Source: Eledone cirrhosa (lineage: Eukaryota). From it: DNA of 64,000 nucleotides. Positions 1 to 12,700 of this stretch are shown piece after piece. A model generated the notes under the pieces. The model had not been told where the DNA came from. It did not search any database and saw nothing but the letters and a program-made list of their open reading frames with translations. How positions within the stretch are numbered: position 1 is the first letter of the stretch; every line of letters begins with the position of its first letter. The position numbers and the translations under genes are program-made. The stretch spans positions 209,312,001-209,376,000 of the forward strand of contig OZ024743.1 in assembly GCA_964016885.1 (NCBI GenBank). Reading direction: 5' to 3'.

Positions 1-163
1 ATGAAAGCTGTTCACTCCATAAGATATACGACAGTTTTCCATCCTATAGCCAGATGAAAGCTCTTCACTCCATAAGATATACCACAGTTTACCATCCTAT
101 AGCCACAGATGAAAGCTCTTCACTCCATAAGATATACCACAGTTTACCATCCTATAGCCACAG

Positions 164-1750
164 ATGAAAGCTCTTCACCCCATAAGACATACCACAGTTT
201 ACCATCCTATAGCCACACATGAAAGCTCTTCACTCCATAAGATATACCACAGTTTACCATCCTATAGCCAGATGAAAGCTCTTCACTCCGTAAAATATAC
301 CACAGTTTACCATCCTATAGCCACACATGAGAGCTCTTCACTCCATAAGATATACCACAGTTTACCATCCTATAGCCACACCTGAAAGCTCTTCACTCCA
401 TAAAATATACCACAGTTTACCATCCTATAGCCACACATGAGAGCTCTTCACTCCATAAGATATACCACAGTTTACCATCCTATAGCCATACATGAAAGCT
501 CTTCACTCCATAAGATATACAACTGTTTACCATCATATAGCCACACATGAGAGCTCTTCACTCCATAAGATATACCACAGTTTACCATCCTATAGCCACA
601 CATGAGAGCTCTTCACTCCATAAGATATACCACTGTTTACCATCCTATGGCCACACATGAAAGCTTTTCACTCCATAAGATATACCACAGTTTACCATCT
701 TATAGCCACACATGAAAGCTCTTCACTCCATAAGATATACCACTGTTTACCATCCTATGGCCACACATGAAAGCTCTTCACTCCATAAGATATACCAAAG
801 TTTACCATCCTATAGCCAGATGAAAGCTCTTCACTCCATAAAATATACCACAGTTTACCATCCTATGGCCACAGATGAAAGCTCTTCACTCCATAAGATA
901 TACCACAGTTTACCATCCTATAGCCAGATGAAAGCTCTTCACTCCATAAGATATACCACAGTTTACCACCCTATGGCCACAGATGAAAGCTCTTCACTCC
1001 ATGAGATATACCACAGTTTACCATCCTATAGCCACGCCACGGATGAAAGCTCTTCACTCCATAAGATATACCACAGTTTACCATCCTATAGTCACACCTG
1101 AAAGCTCTTCACTCCATAAGATATAACACAGTTTACCATCCTATAGCCAGATGAAAGCACTTCACTCCATAAGATATACCACATTTTACAATCCTATAGC
1201 CACAGATGAAAGCTCTTCACTCCATAAGATATACCACAGTTTACCATCCTATAGCCACAGATTTAAAGCTCTTCACTCCATAAGATATACCACAGTTTAC
1301 CATCCTATAGCCACACATGAAAGCTCTTCACTCCATAAGATATACCACACTTTACCATCCTGTAGCCACAGATGAAAGCTCTTCACTCCATAAGATATAC
1401 CACAGTTTACCATCCTATAGCCACACATGAAAGTTCTTCACTCCATAAGATATACCACAGTTTACCATCCTATAGCCTAAGATGAAAGCTGTTCACTCCA
1501 TAAGATATACGACAGTTTACCATCCTATAGCCACAAATGAAAGCTGTTCACTCCATAAGATATACCACAGTTTACCATCCTATAGCCAGATGAAAGCTCT
1601 TCACTCCATAAGATATACCACAGTTTACCATCCTATAGCCACAGATGAAAGCTGTTCACTCCATAAGATATACCACAGTTTACCATCCTATAGCCACGCC
1701 ACGGATGAAAGCTCTTCACTCCATAAGATATACCACAGTTTACCATCCTA
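164..1750 (+). repeat. Dispersed block (CCGTAAAA / CACCTG / TATGGCC / AAGCTTTT haplotype), recurring at ~9741, 13903, 20922, 25029 and ~29650
   Basis: ORF starts 164>9741, 712>10289, 1151>10728, 1482>11059 (+9577); 9741>13903 (+4162); 25632>30198 (+4566). Confidence 0.88.
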
Positions 1751-2249
1751 TAGCCAGATGAAAGCTCTTCACTCCATAAAATATACCACAGTTTACCATC
1801 CTATAGCCACAGATGAAAGCTCTTCACTCCATAAGATATACCACAGTTTACCATCCTATAGCCACAGATGAAAGCTCTTCACCCCATAAGACATACCACA
1901 GTTTACCATCCTATAGCCACACATGAAAGCTCTTCACTCTATAAGATATACCACAGTTTACCATCCTATAGCCACACATGAAAGCTCTTCACTCCATAAG
2001 ATATACCACAGTTTACCATCCTATAGCCACACATGAAAGCTCTTCACCCCATAAGATATACCACAGTTTACCATCCTATAGCCAGATGAAAGCTCTTCAC
2101 TCCATAAGATATACCACAGTTTACCATCCTATAGCCACAGATGAAAGCTGTTCACTCCATAAGATATACCACAGTTTACCATCCTATAGCCAGATGAAAG
2201 CTCTTCACTCCATAAGATATACCACAGTTTACCATCCTATAGCCAGATG

Positions 2250-4215
2250 AAAGCTCTTCACTCCATAAGATATACCTCAGTTTACCATCCTATAGCCACA
2301 GATGAAAGCTGTTCACTCCATAAGATATACCACAGTTTACCATCCTAAAGCCAGATGAAAGCTCTTCACTCCATAAGATATACCACAGTTTACCATCCTA
2401 TAGCCACAGATGAAAGCTCTTCACTCCATAAGATATACCACAGTTTACCATCCTATAGCCACAGATGAAAGCTCTTCACTCCATAAGATATACCACAGTT
2501 TACCATCCTATAGCCACAGATGAAAGCTCTTTACTCCATAAGATATACCACAGTTTACCATCCTATAGCCACAGATGTAAGCTCTTCACCCCATGAGATA
2601 TACCACAGTTTACCATCCTATAGCCACAGATGAAAGCTCTTCACCCCATAAGATATACCACAGTTTACCATCCTATAGCCACACAAGAAAGCTCTTCACT
2701 CCATAAGATATACCACAGTTTACCATCCTATAGCCACACATGAAAGCTCTTCACTCCATAAGATATACCACAGTTTACCATCCTATAGCCACACATGAAA
2801 GCTCTTCACTCCATAAGATATACCACAGTTTACCATCCTATAGCCACAGATGAAAGCTCTTCACCCCATAAGATATACCACAGTTTACCATCCTATAGCC
2901 ACACATGAAAGCTCTTCACCCCATAAGATATACCACAGTTTACCATCCTATAGCCACACATGAAAGCTCTTCACTCCATAAGATATACCACAGTTTACCA
3001 TCCAATAGCCAGATGAAAGCTCTTCACTCCATAAGATATACGACAGTTTACCATCCTATAGCCACACATGAAAGCTCTTCACGCCATAAGATATACCTCA
3101 GTTTACCATCCTATAGCCACAGATGAAAGCTCTTCAGTCCATAAGATATACCACAGTTTACCATCCTATAGCCACACATGAGAGCTCTTCACTCCATAAG
3201 ATATACCACAATTTACCATCCTATGGCCACACATGAAAGCTCTTCACCCCATAAGATATACCACAGTTTACCATCCTATAGCCAGATGAAAGCTCTTCAC
3301 TCCGTAAGATATACTACAGTTTACCATCCTATAGCCACACATGAAATCTCTTCACTCCATAAGATATACCACAGTTTACCATACTATAGCCACAAATGAA
3401 GGCTCTTCACTCCATCAGATATACCAGACTTTACCATCCTATAGCCACAGATGAAAGCTCTTCACTCCATAAGATATACCAGACTTTACCATCCTATAGC
3501 CACAGATGAAAGCTCTTCACTCCATAAGACATACCACAGTTTACCATCCTATAGCCACACATGAAAGCTCTTCACTCCATAAGATATACCACAGATTACC
3601 ATCCTATAGACAAAGATGAAAGCTGTTCACTCCATAAGATATACGACAGTTTACCATCCTATAGCCACAGATGAAAGCTGTTCACTCCATAAGATATACG
3701 ACAGTTTACCATCCTATAGCCAGATGAAAGCTCTTCACTCCATAAGATATACCACAGTTTACCATCCTATAGCCACAGATGAAAGCTGTTCACTCCATAA
3801 GATATACCACAGTTTACCATCCTGTAGCCAGATGAAAGCTCTTCACTCCATAAGATATACCACAGTTTACCATCCTATAGCCACAGATGAAAGCTCTTCA
3901 CTCCATAAGATATACCACAGTTTACCATCCTATAGCCACAGGTGAAAGCTCTTCACTCCATGAGATATACCACAGTTTACCATCCTATAGACACAGATGA
4001 AAGCTGTTCACTCCATAAGATATACGACAGTTTACCATCCTATAGCCACAGATGAAAGCTGTTCACTCCATAAGATATACGACAGTTTACCATCCTATAG
4101 CCAGATGAAAGCTCTTCACTCCATAAGATATACCACAGTTTACCATCCTATAGCCACAGATGAAAGCTCTTCACCCCATAAGATATACCACAGTTTACCA
4201 TCCTATAGCCACACA
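2250..4215 (+). repeat. Earlier related copy of the 2078-bp block (offset ~3.0-3.1 kb)
   Basis: ATGTAAGC marker at 2575 vs 5585 (+3010). ORFs 2905>5915 (+3010), and 3178>6298, 3616>6736, 3997>7117 (+3120, two extra monomers). Confidence 0.85.
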
Positions 4216-5584
4216 TGAAAGCTCTTCACCCCATAAGATATACCACAGTTTACCATCCTATAGCCACACATGAAAGCTCTTCACTCCATCAGATATACCA
4301 CAGTTTACCATCCAATAGCCAGATGAAAGCTCTTCACTCCATAAGATATACGACAGTTTACCATCCTATAGCCACACATGAAATCTCTTCACTCCATAAG
4401 ATATATCTCAATTTACCATCCTATAGCCACAGATGAAAGATCTTCACTCCATAAGTTATACCACAGTTTACCATCCTATAGCCACACATGAAAGCTCTTC
4501 ACTCCATAAGATATACCACACTTTACCATCCTGTAGCCACAGATGATAGCTCTTCACTCCATAAGATATACCACAGTTTACCATCCTATAGCCACACATG
4601 AAAGTTCTTCACTCCATAAGATATACCACAGTTTACCATCCTATAGCCTAAGATGAAAGCTGTTCACTCCATAAGATATACGACAGTTTACCATCCTATA
4701 GCCACAAATGAAAGCTGTTCACTCCATAAGATATACCACAGTGTACCATCCTATAGCCACACATTAAAGCTCTTCACTCCATAAGATATACCACAGTTTA
4801 CCATCCTATAGCCACAGATGAAAGCTGTTCACTCCATAAGATATACCACAGTTTACCATCCTATAGCCACGCCACGGATGAAAGCTCTTCACTCCATAAG
4901 ATATACCACAGTTTACCATCCTATAGCCAGATGAAAGCTCTTCACTCCATAAAATATACCACAGTTTACCATCCTATAGCCACAGATGAAAGCTCTTCAC
5001 TCCATAAGATATACCACAGTTTACCATCCTATAGTCACAGATGAAAGCTCTTCACCCCATAAGACATACCACAGTTTACCATCCTATAGCCACACATGAA
5101 AGCTCTTCACTCTATAAGATATACCACAGTTTACCATCCTATAGCCACACATGAAAGCTCTTCACTCCATAAGATATACCACAGTTTACCATCCTATAGC
5201 CACACATGAAAGCTCTTCACCCCATAAGATATACCACAGTTTACCATCCTATAGCCAGATGAAAGCTCTTCACTCCATAAGATATACCACAGTTTACCAT
5301 CCTATAGCCAGATGAAAGCTCTTCACTCCATAAGATATACCTCAGTTTACCATCCTATAGCCACAGATGAAAGCTGTTCACTCCATAAGATATACCACAG
5401 TTTACCATCCTATAGCCAGATGAAAGCTCTTCACTCCATAAGATATACCACAGTTTACCATCCTATAGCCACAGATGAAAGCTCTTCACTCCATAAGATA
5501 TACCACAGTTTACCATCCTATAGCCACAGATGAAAGCTCTTTACTCCATAAGATATACCACAGTTTACCATCCTATAGCCACAG

Positions 5585-8500
5585 ATGTAAGCTCTTCACC
5601 CCATGAGATATACCACAGTTTACCATCCTATAGCCACAGATGAAAGCTCTTCACCCCATAAGATATACCACAGTTTACCATCCTATAGCCACACAAGAAA
5701 GCTCTTCACTCCATAAGATATACCACAGTTTACCATCCTATAGCCACACATGAAAGCTCTTCACTCCATAAGATATACCACAGTTTACCATCCTATAGCC
5801 ACACATGAAAGCTCTTCACTCCATAAGATATACCACAGTTTACCATCCTATAGCCACAGATGAAAGCTCTTCACCCCATAAGATATACCACAGTTTACCA
5901 TCCTATAGCCACACATGAAAGCTCTTCACCCCATAAGATATACCACAGTTTACCATCCTATAGCCACACATGAAAGCTCTTCACTCCATAAGATATACCA
6001 CAGTTTACCATCCAATAGCCAGATGAAAGCTCTTCACTCCATAAGATATACGACAGTTTACCATCCTATAGCCACACATGAAATCTCTTCACTCCATAAG
6101 ATATATCTCAATTTACCATCCTATAGCCACAGATGAAAGATCTTCACTCCATAAGTTATACCACAGTTTACCATCCTATAGCCACACATGAAAGCTCTTC
6201 ACGCCATAAGATATACCTCAGTTTACCATCCTATAGCCACAGATGAAAGCTCTTCAGTCCATAAGATATACCACAGTTTACCATCCTATAGCCACACATG
6301 AGAGCTCTTCACTCCATAAGATATACCACAATTTACCATCCTATGGCCACACATGAAAGCTCTTCACCCCATAAGATATACCACAGTTTACCATCCTATA
6401 GCCAGATGAAAGCTCTTCACTCCGTAAGATATACGACAGTTTACCATCCTATAGCCACACATGAAATCTCTTCACTCCATAAGATATACCACAGTTTACC
6501 ATACTATAGCCACAAATGAAGGCTCTTCACTCCATCAGATATACCAGACTTTACCATCCTATAGCCACAGATGAAAGCTCTTCACTCCATAAGATATACC
6601 ACAGTTTACCATCCTATAGCCACAGATGAAAGCTGTTCACTCCATAAGACATACCACAGTTTACCATCCTATAGCCACACATGAAAGCTCTTCACTCCAT
6701 AAGATATACCACAGATTACCATCCTATAGACAAAGATGAAAGCTGTTCACTCCATAAGATATACGACAGTTTACCATCCTATAGCCACAGATGAAAGCTG
6801 TTCACTCCATAAGATATACGACAGTTTACCATCGTATAGCCAGATGAAAGCTCTTCACTCCATAAGATATACCACTGTTTACCATCCTATAGCCACAGAT
6901 GAAAGCTGTTCACTCCATAAGATATACCACAGTTTACCATCCTATAGCCAGATGAAAGCTCTTCACTCCATAAGATATACCACAGTTTACCATCCTATAG
7001 CCACAGATGAAAGCTCTTCACTCCATAAGATATACCACAGTTTACCATCCTATAGCCACAGATGAAAGCTCTTCACTCCATGAGATATACCACAGTTTAC
7101 CATCCTATAGACACAGATGAAAGCTGTTCACTCCATAAGATATACGACAGTTTACCATCCTATAGCCACAGATGAAAGCTGTTCACTCCATAAGATATAC
7201 GACAGTTTACCATCCTATAGCCAGATGAAAGCTCTTCACTCCATAAGATATACCACAGTTTACCATCCTATAGCCACAGAGGAAAGCTGTTCACTCCATA
7301 AGATATACCACAGTTTACCATCCTATAGCCAGATGAAAGCTCTTCACTCCATAAGATATACCACAGTCTACCATCCTATAGCCACAGATGAAAGCTCTTC
7401 ACCCCATAAGATATACCACAGTTTACCATCCTATAGCCACACATGAAAGCTGTTCACTCCATAAGATATACCACAGTTTACCATCCTATAGCCACACATG
7501 AAAGCTCTTCACTCCATAAGATATACCACAGTTTACCATCCTATAGCCACACATGAAAGCTCTTCACTCCATAAGATATACCACAGTTTACCATCCTATA
7601 GCCACAGATGAAAGCTCTTCACTCCATAAGATATACCACAGTTTACCATCCTATAGCCACAGATGTAAGCTCTTCACCCCATGAGATATACCACAGTTTA
7701 CCATCCTATAGCCGCAGATGAAAGCTCTTCACCCCATAAGATATACCACAGTTTACCATCCTATAGCCACACATGAAAGCTCTTCACTCCATAAGATATA
7801 CCACAGTTTACCATCCTATAGCCACACATGAAAGCTCTTCACTCCATAAGATATACCACAGTTTACCATCCTATAGCCACACATGAAAGCTCTTCACTCC
7901 ATAAGATATACCACAGTTTACCATCCTATAGCCACAGATGAAAGCTCTTCACCCCATAAGATATACCACAGTTTACCATCCTATAGCCACACATGAAAGC
8001 TCTTCACCCCATAAGATATACCACAGTTTACCATCCTATAGCCACACATGAAAGCTCTTCACTCCATAAGATATACCACAGTTTACCATCCAATAGCCAG
8101 ATGAAAGCTCTTCACTCCATAAGATATACGACAGTTTACCATCCTATAGCCACACATGAAATCTCTTCACTCCATAAGATATATCTCAATTTACCATCCT
8201 ATAGCCACAGATGAAAGATCTTCACTCCATAAGTTATACCACAGTTTACCATCCTATAGTCACACATGAAAGCTCTTCACGCCATAAGATATACCTCAGT
8301 TTACCATCCTATAGCCACAGATGAAAGCTCTTCAGTCCATAAGATATACCACAGTTTACCATCCTATAGCCACACATGAGAGCTCTTCACTCCATAAGAT
8401 ATACCACAATTTACCATCCTATGGCCACACATGAAAGCTCTTCACCCCATAAGATATACCACAGTTTACCATCCTATAGCCAGATGAAAGCTCTTCACTC

Positions 8501-9740
8501 CGTAAGATATACGACAGTTTACCATCCTATAGCCACACATGAAATCTCTTCACTCCATAAGATATACCACAGTTTACCATACTATAGCCACAAATGAAGG
8601 CTCTTCACTCCATCAGATATACCAGACTTTACCATCCTATAGCCACAGATGAAAGCTCTTCAGTCCATAAGATATACCACAGTTTACCATCCTATAGCCA
8701 CAGATGAAAGCTGTTCACTCCATAAGACATACCACAGTTTACCATCCTATAGCCACACATGAAAGCTCTTCACTCCATAAGATATACCACAGATTACCAT
8801 CCTATAGACAAAGATGAAAGCTGTTCACTCCATAAGATATACGACAGTTTACCATCCTATAGCCACAGATGAAAGCTGTTCACTCCATAAGATATACGAC
8901 AGTTTACCATCCTATAGCCAGATGAAAGCTCTTCACTCCATAAGATATACCACAGTTTACCATCCTATAGCCACAGATGAAAGCTGTTCACTCCATAAGA
9001 TATACCACAGTTTACCATCCTATAGCCAGATGAAAGCTCTTCACTCCATAAGATATACCACAGTTTACCATCCTATAGCCACAGATGAAAGCTCTTCACT
9101 CCATAAGATATACCACAGTTTACCATCCTATAGCCACAGATGAAAGCTCTTCACTCCATGAGATATACCACAGTTTACCATCCTATAGACACAGATGAAA
9201 GCTGTTCACTCCATAAGATATACGACAGTTTACCATCCTATAGCCACAGATGAAAGCTGTTCACTCCATAAGATATACGACAGTTTACCATCCTATAGCC
9301 AGATGAAAGCTCTTCACTCCATAAGATATACCACAGTTTACCATCCTATAGCCACAGAGGAAAGCTGTTCACTCCATAAGATATACCACAGTTTACCATC
9401 CTATAGCCAGATGAAAGCTCTTCACTCCATAAGATATACCACAGTTTACCATCCTATAGCCACAGATGAAAGCTCTTCACCCCATAAGATATACCACAGT
9501 TTACCATCCTATAGCCACACATGAAAGCTGTTCACTCCATAAGATATACCACAGTTTACCATCCTATAGCCACACATGAAAGCTCTTCACTCCATAAGAT
9601 ATACCACAGTTTACCATCCTATAACCACAGATGAAAGCTCTTCACTCCATAAGATATACCACAGTTTACCATCCTATAGCCACAGATGAAAGCTCTTCAC
9701 TCCATAAGATATACCACAGTTTACCATCCTATAGCCACAG
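5585..9740 (+). repeat. 2078-bp tandem duplication (two copies, 38 monomers each)
   Basis: The marker monomer ATGTAAGC..CCCCATGAG is at 5585 and 7663. ORF starts 5915>7993, 6298>8376, 6736>8814 and 7117>9195 are all +2078. Confidence 0.9.
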
Positions 9741-12700
9741 ATGAAAGCTCTTCACCCCATAAGACATACCACAGTTTACCATCCTATAGCCACACATGAA
9801 AGCTCTTCACTCCATAAGATATACCACAGTTTACCATCCTATAGCCAGATGAAAGCTCTTCACTCCGTAAAATATACCACAGTTTACCATCCTATAGCCA
9901 CACATGAGAGCTCTTCACTCCATAAGATATACCACAGTTTACCATCCTATAGCCACACCTGAAAGCTCTTCACTCCATAAAATATACCACAGTTTACCAT
10001 CCTATAGCCACACATGAGAGCTCTTCACTCCATAAGATATACCACAGTTTACCATCCTATAGCCATACATGAAAGCTCTTCACTCCATAAGATATACAAC
10101 TGTTTACCATCATATAGCCACACATGAGAGCTCTTCACTCCATAAGATATACCACAGTTTACCATCCTATAGCCACACATGAGAGCTCTTCACTCCATAA
10201 GATATACCACTGTTTACCATCCTATGGCCACACATGAAAGCTTTTCACTCCATAAGATATACCACAGTTTACCATCTTATAGCCACACATGAAAGCTCTT
10301 CACTCCATAAGATATACCACTGTTTACCATCCTATGGCCACACATGAAAGCTCTTCACTCCATAAGATATACCAAAGTTTACCATCCTATAGCCAGATGA
10401 AAGCTCTTCACTCCATAAAATATACCACAGTTTACCATCCTATGGCCACAGATGAAAGCTCTTCACTCCATAAGATATACCACAGTTTACCATCCTATAG
10501 CCAGATGAAAGCTCTTCACTCCATAAGATATACCACAGTTTACCACCCTATGGCCACAGATGAAATCTCTTCACTCCATGAGATATACCACAGTTTACCA
10601 TCCTATAGCCACGCCACGGATGAAAGCTCTTCACTCCATAAGATATACCACAGTTTACCATCCTATAGTCACACCTGAAAGCTCTTCACTCCATAAGATA
10701 TAACACAGTTTACCATCCTATAGCCAGATGAAAGCACTTCACTCCATAAGATATACCACATTTTACAATCCTATAGCCACAGATGAAAGCTCTTCACTCC
10801 ATAAGATATACCACAGTTTACCATCATATAGCCACAGATTTAAAGTTCTTCACTCCATAAGATATACCACAGTTTACCATCCTATAGCCACACATGAAAG
10901 CTCTTCACTCCATAAGATATACCACACTTTACCATCCTGTAGCCACAGATGAAAGCTCTTCACTCCATAAGATATACCACAGTTTACCATCCTATAGCCA
11001 CACATGAAAGTTCTTCACTCCATAAGATATACCACAGTTTACCATCCTATAGCCTAAGATGAAAGCTGTTCACTCCATAAGATATACGACAGTTTACCAT
11101 CCTATAGCCACAAATGAAAGCTGTTCACTCCATAAGATATACCACAGTTTACCATCCTATAGCCAGATGAAAGCTCTTCACTCCATAAGATATACCACAG
11201 TTTACCATCCTATAGCCACAGATGAAAGCTGTTCACTCCATAAGATATACCACAGTTTACCATCCTATAGCCACGCCACGGATGAAAGCTCTTCACTCCA
11301 TAAGATATACCACAGTTTACCATCCTATAGCCACAGATGAAAGCTGTTCACTCCATAAGATATACCACAGTTTACCATCCTATAGCCAGATGAAAGCTCT
11401 TCACTCCATAAGATATACAACAGTTTACCATCCGATAGCCACACATGAAAGCTCTTCACTCCATTAGATATACCACAGTTTACCATCCTATAGCCACACA
11501 TGAAAGCTCTTCACGCCATAAGATATACCACAGTTTACCATCCTATAGCCACAAATGAAAGCTATTCACTCCATAAGATATACCACAGTTTACCATCATA
11601 TAGCCAGATGAAAGCTCTTCACTCCATAAGATATACCACAGTTTACCATCCTATAGCCACACATGAAAGCTCTTCACTCCATAAAATATACCACAGTTTT
11701 CCATCCTATAGCCACAGATGAAAGCTCTTCACTCCATAACATATACTACATTTTACCATCCTATAGCCACACATGAGAGCTCTTCACTCCATAAGATATA
11801 CCACAGTTTACCATCCTATAGCCACAGATGAAAGCTGTTCACTCCATAAGATATACCACAGTTTACCATCCTATAGCCAGATGAAAGCTCTTCACTCTAT
11901 AAGATATACCACAGTTTACCATCCTATAGCCACGCCACGGATGAAAGCTCTTCACTCCATAAGATATACCACAGTTTACCATCCTATAGCCACAGATGAA
12001 AGCTGTTCACTCCATAAGATATACCACAGTTTACCATCCTATAGCCAGATGAAAGCTCTTCACTCCATAAGATATACCACAGTTTACCATCCTATAGCCA
12101 CGGATGAAAGCTGTTCACTCCATAAGATATACCACAGTTTACCATCCTATAGCCAGATGAAAGCTCTTCACTCCATAAGATATACAACAGTTTACCATCC
12201 GATAGCCACACATGAAAGCTCTTCACTCCATTAGATATACCACAGTTTACCATCCTATAGCCACACATGAAAGCTCTTCACGCCATAAGATATACCACAG
12301 TTTACCATCCTATAGCCACAAATGAAAGCTATTCACTCCATAAGATATACCACAGTTTACCATCATATAGCCAGATGAAAGCTCTTCACTCCATAAGATA
12401 TACCACAGTTTACCATCCTATAGCCACACATGAAAGCTATTCACTCCATAAGATATACCACAGTTTACCATCCTATAGCCACAAATGAAAGCTCTTCACT
12501 CCATAATATATACCACAGTTTACCATCCGATAGCCACACATGAAAGCTCTTCACTCCATCAGATATACCACAGTTTACCATCCTATAGCCACACATGAAA
12601 GCTCTTCACTCCATAAGATATACCACAGTTTACCATCCTATAGCCACAAATGAAAGCTCTTCACTCCATAAGATATACCACAGTTTAGCATCCTATAGCC

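Noticed and set aside
85-108. Minus-strand CTATAG|GATG|GTAAAC as a tandem micro-exon with splice sites
   Set aside because: The polypyrimidine tract and donor are weak, the implied introns are ~51 nt, and there is no gene context or transcript evidence.
104-125. Satellite-encoded hammerhead ribozyme (CAGATGA/GAAA resemblance)
   Set aside because: The core requires CUGANGA, stem II and then GAAA. Here the sequence is CAGATGA with GAAA overlapping it, and no supporting stems are visible on either strand.
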